Shown: in pieces, positions 1 to 11,305 of the stretch
Numbering within the stretch: position 1 is the first letter of the stretch
Layout of the letters: each line of letters begins with the position of its first letter
DNA from: Glycera tridactyla
Taxonomy: Eukaryota
Reading direction: 5' to 3'
Assembly (NCBI GenBank): GCA_965644265.1
Contig: OZ286473.1
Span: forward strand, 66,526,001 to 66,590,000
Length of the DNA stretch: 64,000 nt
Made by a program: the position numbers and the translations under genes
The notes under the pieces: generated by a model
What the model was told of the DNA's origin: nothing
Seen by the model: only the letters and a program-made list of their open reading frames with translations
Database searches by the model: none

Positions 1-1110
1 CAGCTGATTCTGGCCATATCTTACGGTTCGTCAACATCAGTGAAATTCATCAATGCCAGATCTGCAAGATGTCTATTGGTGTGCCCCAAGGATCAATCTT
101 GTGACCACTCATGTTTGTCATATACGGCAATGAACTCGCAAACCTCCTATAGAAGTGCAGTTTGTTTTTAGATGCAGACGACATTGCCGTGTGTGCAAGT
201 GCAAGTTACGGACATGGGCTCGTACACAAACTGGAGAGTGATCATAGATCCTTGAACATCTGGTTCAGATACATGAGGCTGTCACCGAATCCAAATAAAT
301 CAACTCTCATGTATATCGAGCATTCTAGGCCATTGGTGCTTTTTGACCAATGCAGCAGGGTTTCAGGACTGAAGACTACTACCCTGCAGAAAAGGGTAAT
401 CCCTTTCTATCTGGGAGTACATAGGTTCACGCCAGTAAGTTCTTCCCAGATAGAGATGGATTGGCTTGACTTGAGACTGAGGAGATGGATTGAATTGGAA
501 CGTCTATTCAATAGAGTATCCGAACTGCAAGCACACGAATGTCATTGCAGATAAATGGCTTGGTATCAGAACTCAAGAGATTGTTATGTTACGTGCATAT
601 GGACTCCGATCTGTCAATTGGATCCATTATAGATCTTGATGTGTTGACTGCAAGCTTGAGCAGGCTGAGTCGTGATAATTTGTGGTTAGAGGCAGGATCC
701 AAGGCCAAACCTCATACGTTTCTCGAATCACATGACAGAACTATAGTCAGACCCTTGGTTAACGCCAACCTCAACAGGGTTGACAGAAGCAATCTGGTGA
801 AACTGAAGTATGGGGTTCTGCCTGTAGCCATTGAAACTGGTAGATTCAAGGCTATTCCTATCAGAGAATGAATTTGTCAATGCTGTAAATGTAACTCGGT
901 TGAAGATGAGGAACGTTTCCTCCTGAAATGTGAAGCAGTCTCAACGGAACGGAACAGTTTGTTAGATGGCCTGAGAGCTGTGAACCTGGACCGTAAAATC
1001 GATAGCTTGAGCGACATAGCCGCGCTCATCTCTGGGGAAACTATCAAGATATTTGCAAAAGGGTTAACTATGATGCTGAATGCACGGAAAAGCTGTATTT
1101 TTAATTAATG
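1..1110 (+). pseudogene. Decayed 3' part of a CR1/L2-type LINE ORF2 (reverse transcriptase), running off the window edge
   Basis: Remnant GVPQGSIL (ggtgtgccccaaggatcaatctt, ~79-101) and DADDIAV motifs, then a frameshifted C-terminal LINE tail (LPVAIETGRFKAIP..R.CQCC....VEDEE.FL..C). Confidence 0.75.
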
Positions 1111-2094
1111 TGCCGACTCGATATATACGTGTATGTGTATGTACTCATGAAGACTTTCTATGAACATGTTCACTGTTATGACTGATATATAATTCGCCTA
1201 TGGATGTACGAAGAAGTAGAAAATTTTATTAGGCCTACCGTCGAGAGTTGCAATCAGTAGTACACAGTGTCGCCACTAGAGACAGTACTCGCTGCACAGA
1301 TTTTTTATTCGGACCGACTAGTATATTGCACGCGTATGAGGCCTTTGTTACTGCTCATATCATGTATGAACTGACCACATTTCATTCATCGGAATCATTC
1401 AATTCAACCATTCATTCATTACCTCTTTTATTCACTCATCCTTTTTTTCCTTGGAATTCATTCATCTTCACCTGTATATCGGCTGTGATTATTGTTTTCA
1501 AATAGCTCGTAGATGAAAGCCAGACGGTGAATATCGTAATTAATTATACGCAATTTTGCTTGATCAAATTTTAACTTTGATTCAGATGTACCATTTCCAT
1601 GACAATATTCCTCTTGATCTTTGTATATTTTACTGTATGGTGAACATTGGCAGAGGAGCAAGGTCGAGTAGTTAACACAAGTTCAATGCTTACTGTGACA
1701 GATAGCCTCTTTGTAGGGGCGGGAGATTTCATCAATGTATGTAATATCACTGTCAAAGATTATCATTTACGTTTCTGTCCATATGTTGTATTTTTTGTCA
1801 CAAAAATAAAAGTACTTATTACTTATTACTTATTACTACCAACTGGGAAAAACATAGTGTAATCACAGTGTTCTCATTTAGCACTCCACACTCATGCTGA
1901 ACGCATCCAACTTATTGCCTCACCAGAGAGTTTGTAGCTCTGCTTCATCGACCATTTCAACAAAATGAACCAGCAGCATCACGCACACAATTCAGTGTTG
2001 AGACAAAAGCCGAACATTCTATTCCAAAGCATGCAATTTATTTCCAAATTATATGGAAATCCCCATCAGCACACCCTACTGTACACTGACTTAC

Positions 2095-2208
2095 CAATCT
2101 CGCAAGCGTCTCCCCCGAATCCAGAATTGCAATCACAGCGGTAGTCAGCTATTAGATCAATGCAGGTTCCGGCACAACTACAGTTCACTCCAACGCAGTC
2201 ATCAATAT
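2095..2208 (-). CDS. EGF exon (divergent, 3'-most seen), GT donor
   Basis: [38 protein letters not shown]; cag| acceptor, |GTAAGT donor. Confidence 0.8.
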
Positions 2209-2686
2209 CTGAAAAGTGACACAATGAAAAAGCATGAGTATTTATCTGGGAATAGATCATTGAGAGTAGAGATCGATGTTTGACGCTCACCTCAGTATCC
2301 ACAACTATGGCAGAAAATGATTGGAGAGTGCCTCACAAATTCAGGTTCTGAAATCCATCGAATCTTTCCGGGATGATACTGAGACACCGGAATGGAACTA
2401 ATCCTGAACTTGTGTCTATATGTGTGATCTACTTTGGCTCCAACATTATCACCATTATTCTCAAACATTGCTCATTGAATCTACAGTAACCTTCGTGTTT
2501 GTCACCTTCATACTTGCCTATATTCAATGTTGTCCATTTACTTATTTCTTTAGTGGGGTTGCTTCCATAGATGATCGTCGAGGCTTGGCATATGATACAG
2601 GCTTAATCAGGCTGTGTGCCGCGCATGAGACTGTCAGGGCCATTCAAGTCGACCTCAACCACAGTCTCCTTACAGCCTGACTTCAG

Positions 2687-5600
2687 GTTGTTGTTGAAAA
2701 TGTTTTATTTCACAAAAGACATTGTAGGAAATACATAGTACATGCTTTCGTGGCCAATAAGAAATACAAACATATGGAAACTCTTAGACACTATCAAAGA
2801 AAATTGGGTTACAATATATATGAAGATCTAGTATAATCTCATCACGTACGAATCAATCAATAGAGGATTGGCAAATCTATAAGTGACTCTAGGCTCATCA
2901 GTTACCAATTACAACTTCAACAGATGAAAGAAAATAATTACTACTCCTGACTTCACCACTGATCGTGGAGATATGAAAACATGCTTAAGTCTCCTATCTT
3001 TGAATAAATACACTACCTTGTCATTTACAGTAGGAGAAACCGTTTAAGCCCACCCCTAAAGGCTACAATATTTGGTGCGGCCCTAATATTGTATGGAAGC
3101 AAATTCCATGCACGAGCCCCGCGGATAAATACATTTCCGTCAGCAAAGATTGTTCTTGTTTTCTTAACTACCAGATCATTATTAATACTCTGCCTGGTCC
3201 GTCTATTAGAAATATAACTACGTAGCCTCAAAGGACAAGCGACCAGGCCCTGATTTGAATTATTGACCCATTTGTACATTTCTGCATTCAGTTTCCTGGC
3301 CCTCAGGGTAGCTGACTGAGGAACATTCAGAGTTGTATGACACTGTGTTGCTGAAAATGATGGGCTAACCCTGAGAACAGTCCTGAGGCACCGGTTTTGG
3401 CACATTTGCAGTTTGTGACAACTCGATCTGCTGCATGCATCATAGATAAAATCGTTATAACAAAAAAATGACTGAACAAGGGAGTGGTATAGAAAGAGGG
3501 CTGTATTTTGATCTATATATGGTCTAATATGCCAAAAAGCCATACGCCGAGTATCCACTTTCCTGATCAGTTTACTGACATGATTATCGAACGTCAAATG
3601 CTCATCGAGCGTGATTCCCAAATATTTGAACGTGTCCACTCTCTTAATCTCAGTGCCATTAAAACTCAGTGCATCTGTCGTAATACAACGTACCTGTGGT
3701 CTCATGCTGGAAAACATTAAGACTGACTTAGTCAGATTCAATGACAGTTTCATCTCTTGGAACCAAACTGACAAGCGTCTGAGATCCAACTCCAGTTTGT
3801 TGACAATGTATCTTTCGTCTTTGCCTGATACAATTAGAGCAGTGTCATCTGCATATGAATAAGCTAGGCTCTCCCTTACTACATTGGGAAGCTCATTCAC
3901 ATAAGCTACGAATAAAAGGGGGCCCAAGATCTACCACTGTGGGACCTCACAAGAGACCTGGGCCTCAGCAGATATCACGTTTTGAAATTTTGTGCACTGT
4001 CTTCTATGTGATAAATACGAGCAGAACCATGTAACACAGCTATTCCTCAAACCAAGCTGACACAATCTTGTTAACAGGATACTGTGATCAACAGTATCGA
4101 ACGCTTTCTTTAGATCCAGGAAGAGCACCCCACTGGGACAGCCGGCATCTGTGTTCGAGTATATGTCATTTAAGAAGTTTGCCAAGCAGGTCCCAGTCGA
4201 GTAGCCCTCCCTGAATCCAAATTGTGTTTTAGCTAAGAGATTACGGTCAGTAAAGTACTTACTCAGCTGTATGTGAACTATCCTCTCCAAGATCTTACTG
4301 GGGTTGGTATAATCGAAATTGGTCTAAAATTGTTCATCGAAAGGTCTGTACCACCTTTATGTAAAATTGTTACAACTCCTATTTTCCGATTTGCTGGAAA
4401 TTTTGATTGGCTTAGGGATAGATTACAGACAGCTGTTACAATTTCAATAATATTATCAGGAAATAACTTGACAAATAGACTAGAAATACCATCCACACTC
4501 GAAGACTCAGTAGTATTTAGATCTCCAATAATATCCTTGACAACAGTTACGTCAACTGGTCTAAATTCGCAAACTGGGGGTAGTAGGAACCATGATTTGC
4601 AGCGCATAGAGGAGGAGAATCGATCTTAGATGCTAAACTTTGTCCAATACTCGAAAAAAACTCATTCAAAGCATTTGCTTTATCTTTGTGGGTCTCGAGG
4701 TCCGCAGGGAATGATGGAGACGGTGATGACTTAGACGTAAGAGGCCAGAGTTTTTTGATCTCAGACCACATACGCTTGGGGTCATCGGTATTGTTCTCGA
4801 TAACCCTATCTACATGAGATCGTATCAAAGATCTTTTAAGCCTAGAACGCTGTTTCAGGGCTTCCCTCTTCAGTTCTAGATTCACAAGTGATGGGTCCTT
4901 ATTGAAAATATCCGCATGGTATTCACAGAGGTCAATGAGACCACAATAGGCGGAATTAATCCATGGTAAATTGGTAGTACAAAAAGCCTTTGACCTTATC
5001 GGTGCATGCCGGTTGATAGCCTCGTTTACAGACTTGGTAAGCTTATCCGACATTTGGTCCACATCACATATATGCAGAAAAGCACCAGTATCTAGCGTAC
5101 ACAGGTCATCGATAAAGGCATCAGTTGTGAAATTCCTGAAATTCCGATATTGGGTAACGACTTTAGGTTGTTTTATCCTAATACACTTCCTGCACACAAA
5201 GACTAGACAGTGGTCACTAAGACCTGGATCATGGACACCGGAAATATTATAAAAACTCTTGTTTGAAACAATCACGTGGTCAATGATAGTTGATGCTCTG
5301 GTAGTAACTCTAGTTGGGGTCCCGATCAGCTGTTTCAGGGAATGTGCCTTCAGAAAAGAACAGTAGCGCTTTATCTGTGGCTGGCGTTGTTTGCTTATAT
5401 CCAGATCTGTATCTCTCATCAGAACTACATCATATGATGAGTAATTGGTTTCCAAGAAGCTAAGCGAGTCAGTCAAATACTCAATGGCGGCATTATCATC
5501 ACCACTGGGGGGTCTGTAGACACAGCAAAGAATAATTGGGCGGCATTTATCAATCCTAATAACCAACCAGTGGCATTCTATATCAGGGTTGCAAATATTA

Positions 5601-5974
5601 ATATCACTGATCGTCTCAGTCTGAAATGAGGCATTAGAATATACCAATATACCACCACCGCACGACTTTCCACTTTCTAGTGTAAGATCTTGTCTGTGTA
5701 ATTGGTAGTTGGGTATCTCTAGTTCTAAGTCACAAATACTATTGTTTAAGAATGTTTCGCTAAGCAGTAGGAAGTCTAACCTACTTTGATCAAGGAGTGT
5801 GCGAATTTCATCTATTTTTCTGGTGACGCTTTGAATGTTAAGAGAGCCAAAAGTTATGCCTGGCAGGTTCGACAACGACTCCGATGTGTAATCCAACATT
5901 GAAATAGGCGTACGAGTAGGAAATACATACGTATTATGCTGTCTGTTATTAGAACCATGAGATTGAGTTTCCAT
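2687..5974 (-). mobile_element. CR1/L2-group LINE, ORF2 (APE + RT) broken by stops and frameshifts; 3' end AATAAA followed by (CAA)n
   Basis: APE motifs (LNIQS, SETFL, GGGILVY, CVYRPP, DHVI, SDH) and RT motifs (LDLKKAFDTVDH, VPQ, LGPLLF, YADDT, YLG) in ORF pieces 4547-5974, 4278-4607, 3931-4290, 3025-3927; aaataaaacattttcaacaacaac on minus at 2687-2710. The 5' limit beyond 5974 is not determined. Confidence 0.9.
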
Positions 5975-8085
5975 GATAATTATCTTATCTTAAGTATGGA
6001 GGAGTATATCAAATACGGTGAAGAGACCATTAATAAGTGTCATTGAAATCGTGGGCAGGGAAGCCTATTCCAATCAATTTATAAATTTGACATGCCTGAT
6101 AACTTAAGCTAATATGATTACAAATATGGGCAGGATGATCAGAGAGCTAAGTGTGCTTAATGCCAGGTATTGTTGCCATCGGTTCCGATACCCGACATCT
6201 CACATCAAAATCTGAGTAAGCAGCTTATAACTGAGTATACGCTAGATAACAGTAAAAGTAATAGGAGCGCATACATAAACATACCATGCGTGTTGCCTCC
6301 GAAACCAGTATCAAATCAATCTAGTGGAACACCTCAGATGCTGTCTGACGCCAATATATCATCAAACATTGTATAACGGCTTTAACATAACTACATGAAC
6401 GCATTTCTAGCTAAATGGTAAATCAGTCCTCACACGCTATCAGACACACAAACACAAATTCTGAATTAACAAGATATAACAGAGGATATGCTAAATAGCC
6501 GTAAATGTAAGAGTAATGCATACATAGAGAAACCCTAGGTGATATGATTCCGAACTTTATAGGAATAGCACCCTCATCTAATGTGAAACTATATAGTCAG
6601 TCATCTTTGACCATGACATGCCATCTATTGGAGTACCTGGAGTAGTGCCAACCTCATCGGAGCGGATGATTCTAGTCGGAGTTTTCAAGTCGAGTAAAAG
6701 CACTGATGACTCTCCAAACTGAATATGTTTAGCACGAGAGGCCGTAGGTACTTCTCGATAAATGCAGCAAAGTATGGGGCTTTCTACTTTGACTACCACC
6801 AACTGGGGAAAACATAGTGTGATCAACATTCGGCCATTACGGGTATACTAGGCATATGGAAGCTGTGGCTGTATTTTTTAACCCCATGCTGACGTATCAG
6901 CAGTTATGCTAGCTATTGTGGTCGATGTGATTGTTTCGATGGTAATCACTCTCTTACACTTCTCTGAAAAAAAGAGGTGTTTCGAATTTGACAATGTACA
7001 TTGTGGTCATATCTAGGTGATCGATATCCCAAGCTGATCAATATCACACTCCTCACCATTTTTCATCATCAGATAGAAAGTACCTTTTTCAGCTACTGTT
7101 CGAAAGATTTACACTCTGAAAATACAGATCCCTATAATGTGACAGACATTAACTTATGGTCATAAAACCCCACATGACATCACGGATTATTCAAAGAGCA
7201 ATTTGCTCATGCTAATTTTCCGTGTAAATTGGCTGGTTATAAAGGCACTGTTATATCTCATCTCAGACATAAAGATGGCATTTCTGCGGACCAAAGCATG
7301 TCAATCAAAAGGACTTTATCATAATGAATTCAAAATGATGCATCTCATACTAGGGAGAGATAGTAAGAAGAGCCATGCATATGTCATATAGAGAGTATCT
7401 TCCTCGTCATGATCAACATTCTCCCAGCATATCGACGAAGTAGTCGAGTAAGAAATCCAGGAATAGCCGATCATGATGTGAGAGAAATTATCTCAATACC
7501 TCTCTAGCGCTATGTCTGGTAAAGACACTCTCCTAGATGTATCCATTTTCAGGAAATCATTGAAATGTCTCCTTGCTGGAAAGCTGGATAATATTGAAGT
7601 GTAATATGATTTTGATTCTTTTGTAAACGTGGGGATTGGATGGTAGTGATACTTGTGAAGTGATGCAATATAAAGGTTGTGATGGATGAACAAATGACAG
7701 AGATGGTCGCTCGCGTCGAATGAATGAATGAAATAGTTTTCTCAAGGCACTGTCTGTGGAAAGGAGAGGGAAATGCCTAAAAGACTTTTCTCAGCTGTGG
7801 TAAAGCTCTGAAACCTGATGTATAAGCAGACGTATCAAATTTGAACATTATCTTGCCCCGGAAAAGACCCGCGACACACCTAATCGCCTGTACTGGTCTC
7901 ATGTTCAATGGTCTATATCTCAGGGCGAGATATCCCAGTCAGCAGATACCAGGCAAAGCCCAGCTTGCTACAAGGGCAAAAGTCTATACAGAGGGATTAC
8001 CAGGGTCGCTTCTCTCAGATGGATGGTTACATGCAGTGGTTCTTCTCCCGAATGATAACCAACGAAGTGAGTTCCAGTCCAAGTC

Positions 8086-8091
8086 TTTATT
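8086..8091 (-). terminator. AATAAA polyadenylation signal in the 3' LTR (equivalent copy in the 5' LTR)
   Basis: tttatt on plus strand ~170 bp from the LTR 3' end. Confidence 0.6.
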
Positions 8092-8238
8092 CCCCGTAGA
8101 TACAGCATGAGATAGTATAAGATACAACTATTCAGCTGATGGGGAAGGTGGCGCAGTCCAGAGCATAACGTCCAACCACGTTCTATGCCTCTCAGATCTG
8201 TACTGCCCAACCAACCTTCGCCCATCTAACATATAGGT

Positions 8239-8269
8239 TCCATTGACGTCACCATTGACGTCAATGGAA
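8239..8269. promoter_or_regulatory. Tandem full CRE/ATF palindromes (TGACGTCA x2) in the LTR
   Basis: ttccaTTGACGTCAccaTTGACGTCAatggaa; TGACGTCA at 8244-8251 and 8256-8263, and at 22229-22236 and 22241-22248 in the other LTR. Confidence 0.6.
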
Positions 8270-8394
8270 TATTACATAGGATAATAACATACCGACATAG
8301 GATGGCAAGCGACATACGTTTACATACAGTAATTGCTCAGGCGTGGGCCCTTATGTCATAGGCCTAATGGAGTTCTTTCTTCTGACCGATTCTG

Positions 8395-8480
8395 GATCAA
8401 TACTAGGCGTACATGTTGACATCCAAGATGTAACCCAGATCAATACTAGGCGTACATGTTGACACTCAAGATGTAACCCA
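8395..8480. repeat. 43-bp tandem duplication inside the LTR (present in both LTRs)
   Basis: gatcaatactaggcgtacatgttgacatccaagatgtaaccca x2, second copy with two substitutions. Confidence 0.9.
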
Positions 8481-8688
8481 TCCAGTTCTGCCCCCGGTTG
8501 CTGGTTGCATAACAGCCACGGTCCCGGCAGCAGGAGTGAACAGGTAATGAAACACAAATAGTATTCCATCTCGAGTGCACCTGACGAATATTGTTGCACG
8601 AAAGGAATTTTTAACCCTCGTGCTGGTGATGAACATAGGATTTTGTGCCCAAAACGGTCCTTTCCTATATTTTTCGTTGAGATATACA

Positions 8689-8697
8689 TCTCTCCTC
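8689..8697 (-). other. Polypurine tract (GAGGAGAGA) abutting the 3' LTR
   Basis: Minus strand gctttttGAGGAGAGA|TGTATATCTCA. Confidence 0.7.
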
Positions 8698-11305
8698 AAA
8701 AAGCTTCGACCTCGTAGCTCTGCATTCCAACAATTTCAAAACGTTCCAGCCATCCAGCCACAATTGCCGGCCATAACCAGTCACATATGTTAGGTCCGAT
8801 TCACGTAGAATGGTCCAGGTAAAAGTGATGATATAATATATGACCGGTTAATCAGGCAAGCTGCATCCGGATGTCAAACGTAATCTACGATCCTCAACTA
8901 GAGACAATAATTTCGCATACCAAATGTAAGGGAAAGACCATTGGCCTATTCACAACAACCGAAACAATTTCCGCACCAAATCCTCGAATTTGCGGAACCA
9001 ACAGAACCGCTCACTGTCACGATTCAGGGATAAAATAATCGAGGGTGCTTTCGTTCACGTCCGTGCCCCGAAAAATCCGTGAGCCGAGACCGTGATTTTT
9101 GTTCGCACCTCGTCTCGCTCAAGCCCATTTTGTTCGGCCGAATCGACTCCAGCCGATCGATTCCTCAAGCCGGACCGTGAGAACTTTCTCGCAAATATTC
9201 CCACGGTCGCATGGAGACAGTTCTTCTAGCTATCATTTCATTGCAAATACTCGTGAGAACTTTTCTCGCTTCGCTCCCACGGTCGCATGGGTAGTCTTCA
9301 CACGACTCATCCAGTCGACCGCCGGCCGCGCTACGGAATCGCTCTTAACATATACGTGAGTGCACCGTTGTAGGTTATGAAAGACAACTACATTCGCATG
9401 GTACCTCACGAACATTATCGTATTTCTCCTCGATTCCGCGGAAACTCACGGAAACAAAAAAACCGGGTCGAATGCTCACGCCATACGTCGGTTAAAGTTG
9501 AGATATACATCTCTACAGATGCTAGGCATCACTATCATGGCCAAAAGCATGTAAATCACATCTACAATCCGATCGGCTACTCGAAATTCATATCAATGAT
9601 ATAGAAACACGGTTACCAACTGATTGGCAGTCACATTGGACCGCGCATCCGGCGAAAGCTCCATTCAATCGCAATACCAATATCGACACACTGAAACCGA
9701 CCGATATTGTTACCAAACCATGGACCGGGTTTTATAAAGGATAGGTGACGAGCGCCCAGAAGACACCCAAGCAGAATCTATAGGAAACGATAACAGGTCT
9801 CATAAAAGACTCAAGAAAGAGAGAGACAGAAGAGCGATAGAAGCAGAAGTCATATAGGAAAGGGAAACAGAGATATAAGAAGCAATATCGGTACAATCAA
9901 TACATCCATTACCACTATCCAAACACCTCCATACCAGCGTCCCTCTATGACGCAATCCATTTGCAGTCCATTACATCAATCCAAGCAGGCACACCAATCA
10001 CAACCACAAACAGCCACCCCGATGCAACCAATTAATGCAACAGTGCAGCCATTTCCGATTGCATCATAGAAAGCCCACCAGGCCCAATGCAAAGACCACA
10101 ATCTCCAGCCACGTCGCCAACCGGTGAACGATTTACACGAGAAATATCCCTGTACATCGTCTCTTGCATGATTCCTCGTGCCAAGTCACATTTACACCTG
10201 CTAGTCATGTGGAATGTAATATGAAGGAAAAACTCCCTATACATCGTCTTTTTATCATGCCATCGCATGACTTCACATGATCATGCGCTAACCGCATGAC
10301 ATGTACAGAATTCAAAATATCTTTGATTATCGTCCGAAGCTATATATTATCATGACCATCAATTTGATTACAACGTCTTGCATGATCAGAGTGTTCATAG
10401 CTCATCAGCCTCCAGGCTGGGTTCTCAACACACGCGAACACAACGATATGAGCAGCGTTATACATCGTCCAAGGTATTCACTCACGATTCCCTGATTACT
10501 AGTCTTTTCTCAGTCTAATCTAGAGTGAATACCTTCGCTGCATCCCATAAGATATATGAAGATAATCCATTATCCACAGATGATATCAAGATACACACAC
10601 CGATACGTCCATTTGCCGAGCCCAGAGACAACCAGTGTTTCCGTCAGGCCACCATCCCTGGAACTCAAGCAAATGAACATATCAGTTAATAACTGTACAA
10701 ATATCGATCCACATCCCCATGAACAATTGCAATACGATTATCGTCAATATCTTTCACACAAAACTCCTGTTTGATTATCAAGGTGTGGTTAAACAGACAC
10801 TCACTGAATATCTACGAATATAACGATAAATATAATTCCATTATATATGATTATATACACATCCAGATAGTATTGAAGTCAAAGGAGAAGAACTACCCAC
10901 ACATTCACCGATACATACATCACACCACATTGCAACAATTATAGGGATTGAAAATACAGCCACGGACTCTTTGATTGATTAACAACCAGGACCATGTAGG
11001 TAGTCCCTTCATGTCCCCGAATAACCCATTTTCCAAGAGCCCTGACACCACGATATCCTGTCCAAATTATGAGATATTCATACACACCACATTTAAATCC
11101 CATAATTCTAACCAGGGACACGGTATGGTAAATAAAAACAGATTCACAGGTTGGTTAAGCCTGCTTTCATCCACCATCCCAGCAACTCACTACAATCATT
11201 TCGTGGAAAGATAAAATCAACAGAACGCTAACAAGGAATATTCCTGGATGCCACCCAACACTATCGAGAGACCACCTAGCCATTTAAATCACAGAATATG
11301 GGCAT

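Larger units (their letters stand above)
7914..8688 (-). repeat. 3' LTR (775 bp), minus-strand start TGTATATCTCA, end TGAGATATA
   Basis: Direct repeat of 21899-22667; 5 substitutions in 769 shared bp by manual comparison. Confidence 0.95.

Noticed and set aside
7400-7913. Possible decayed ORF split by the gypsy insertion (continuing at 22668-23130)
   Set aside because: Stop-ridden, no recognisable domain and no TSD to prove contiguity
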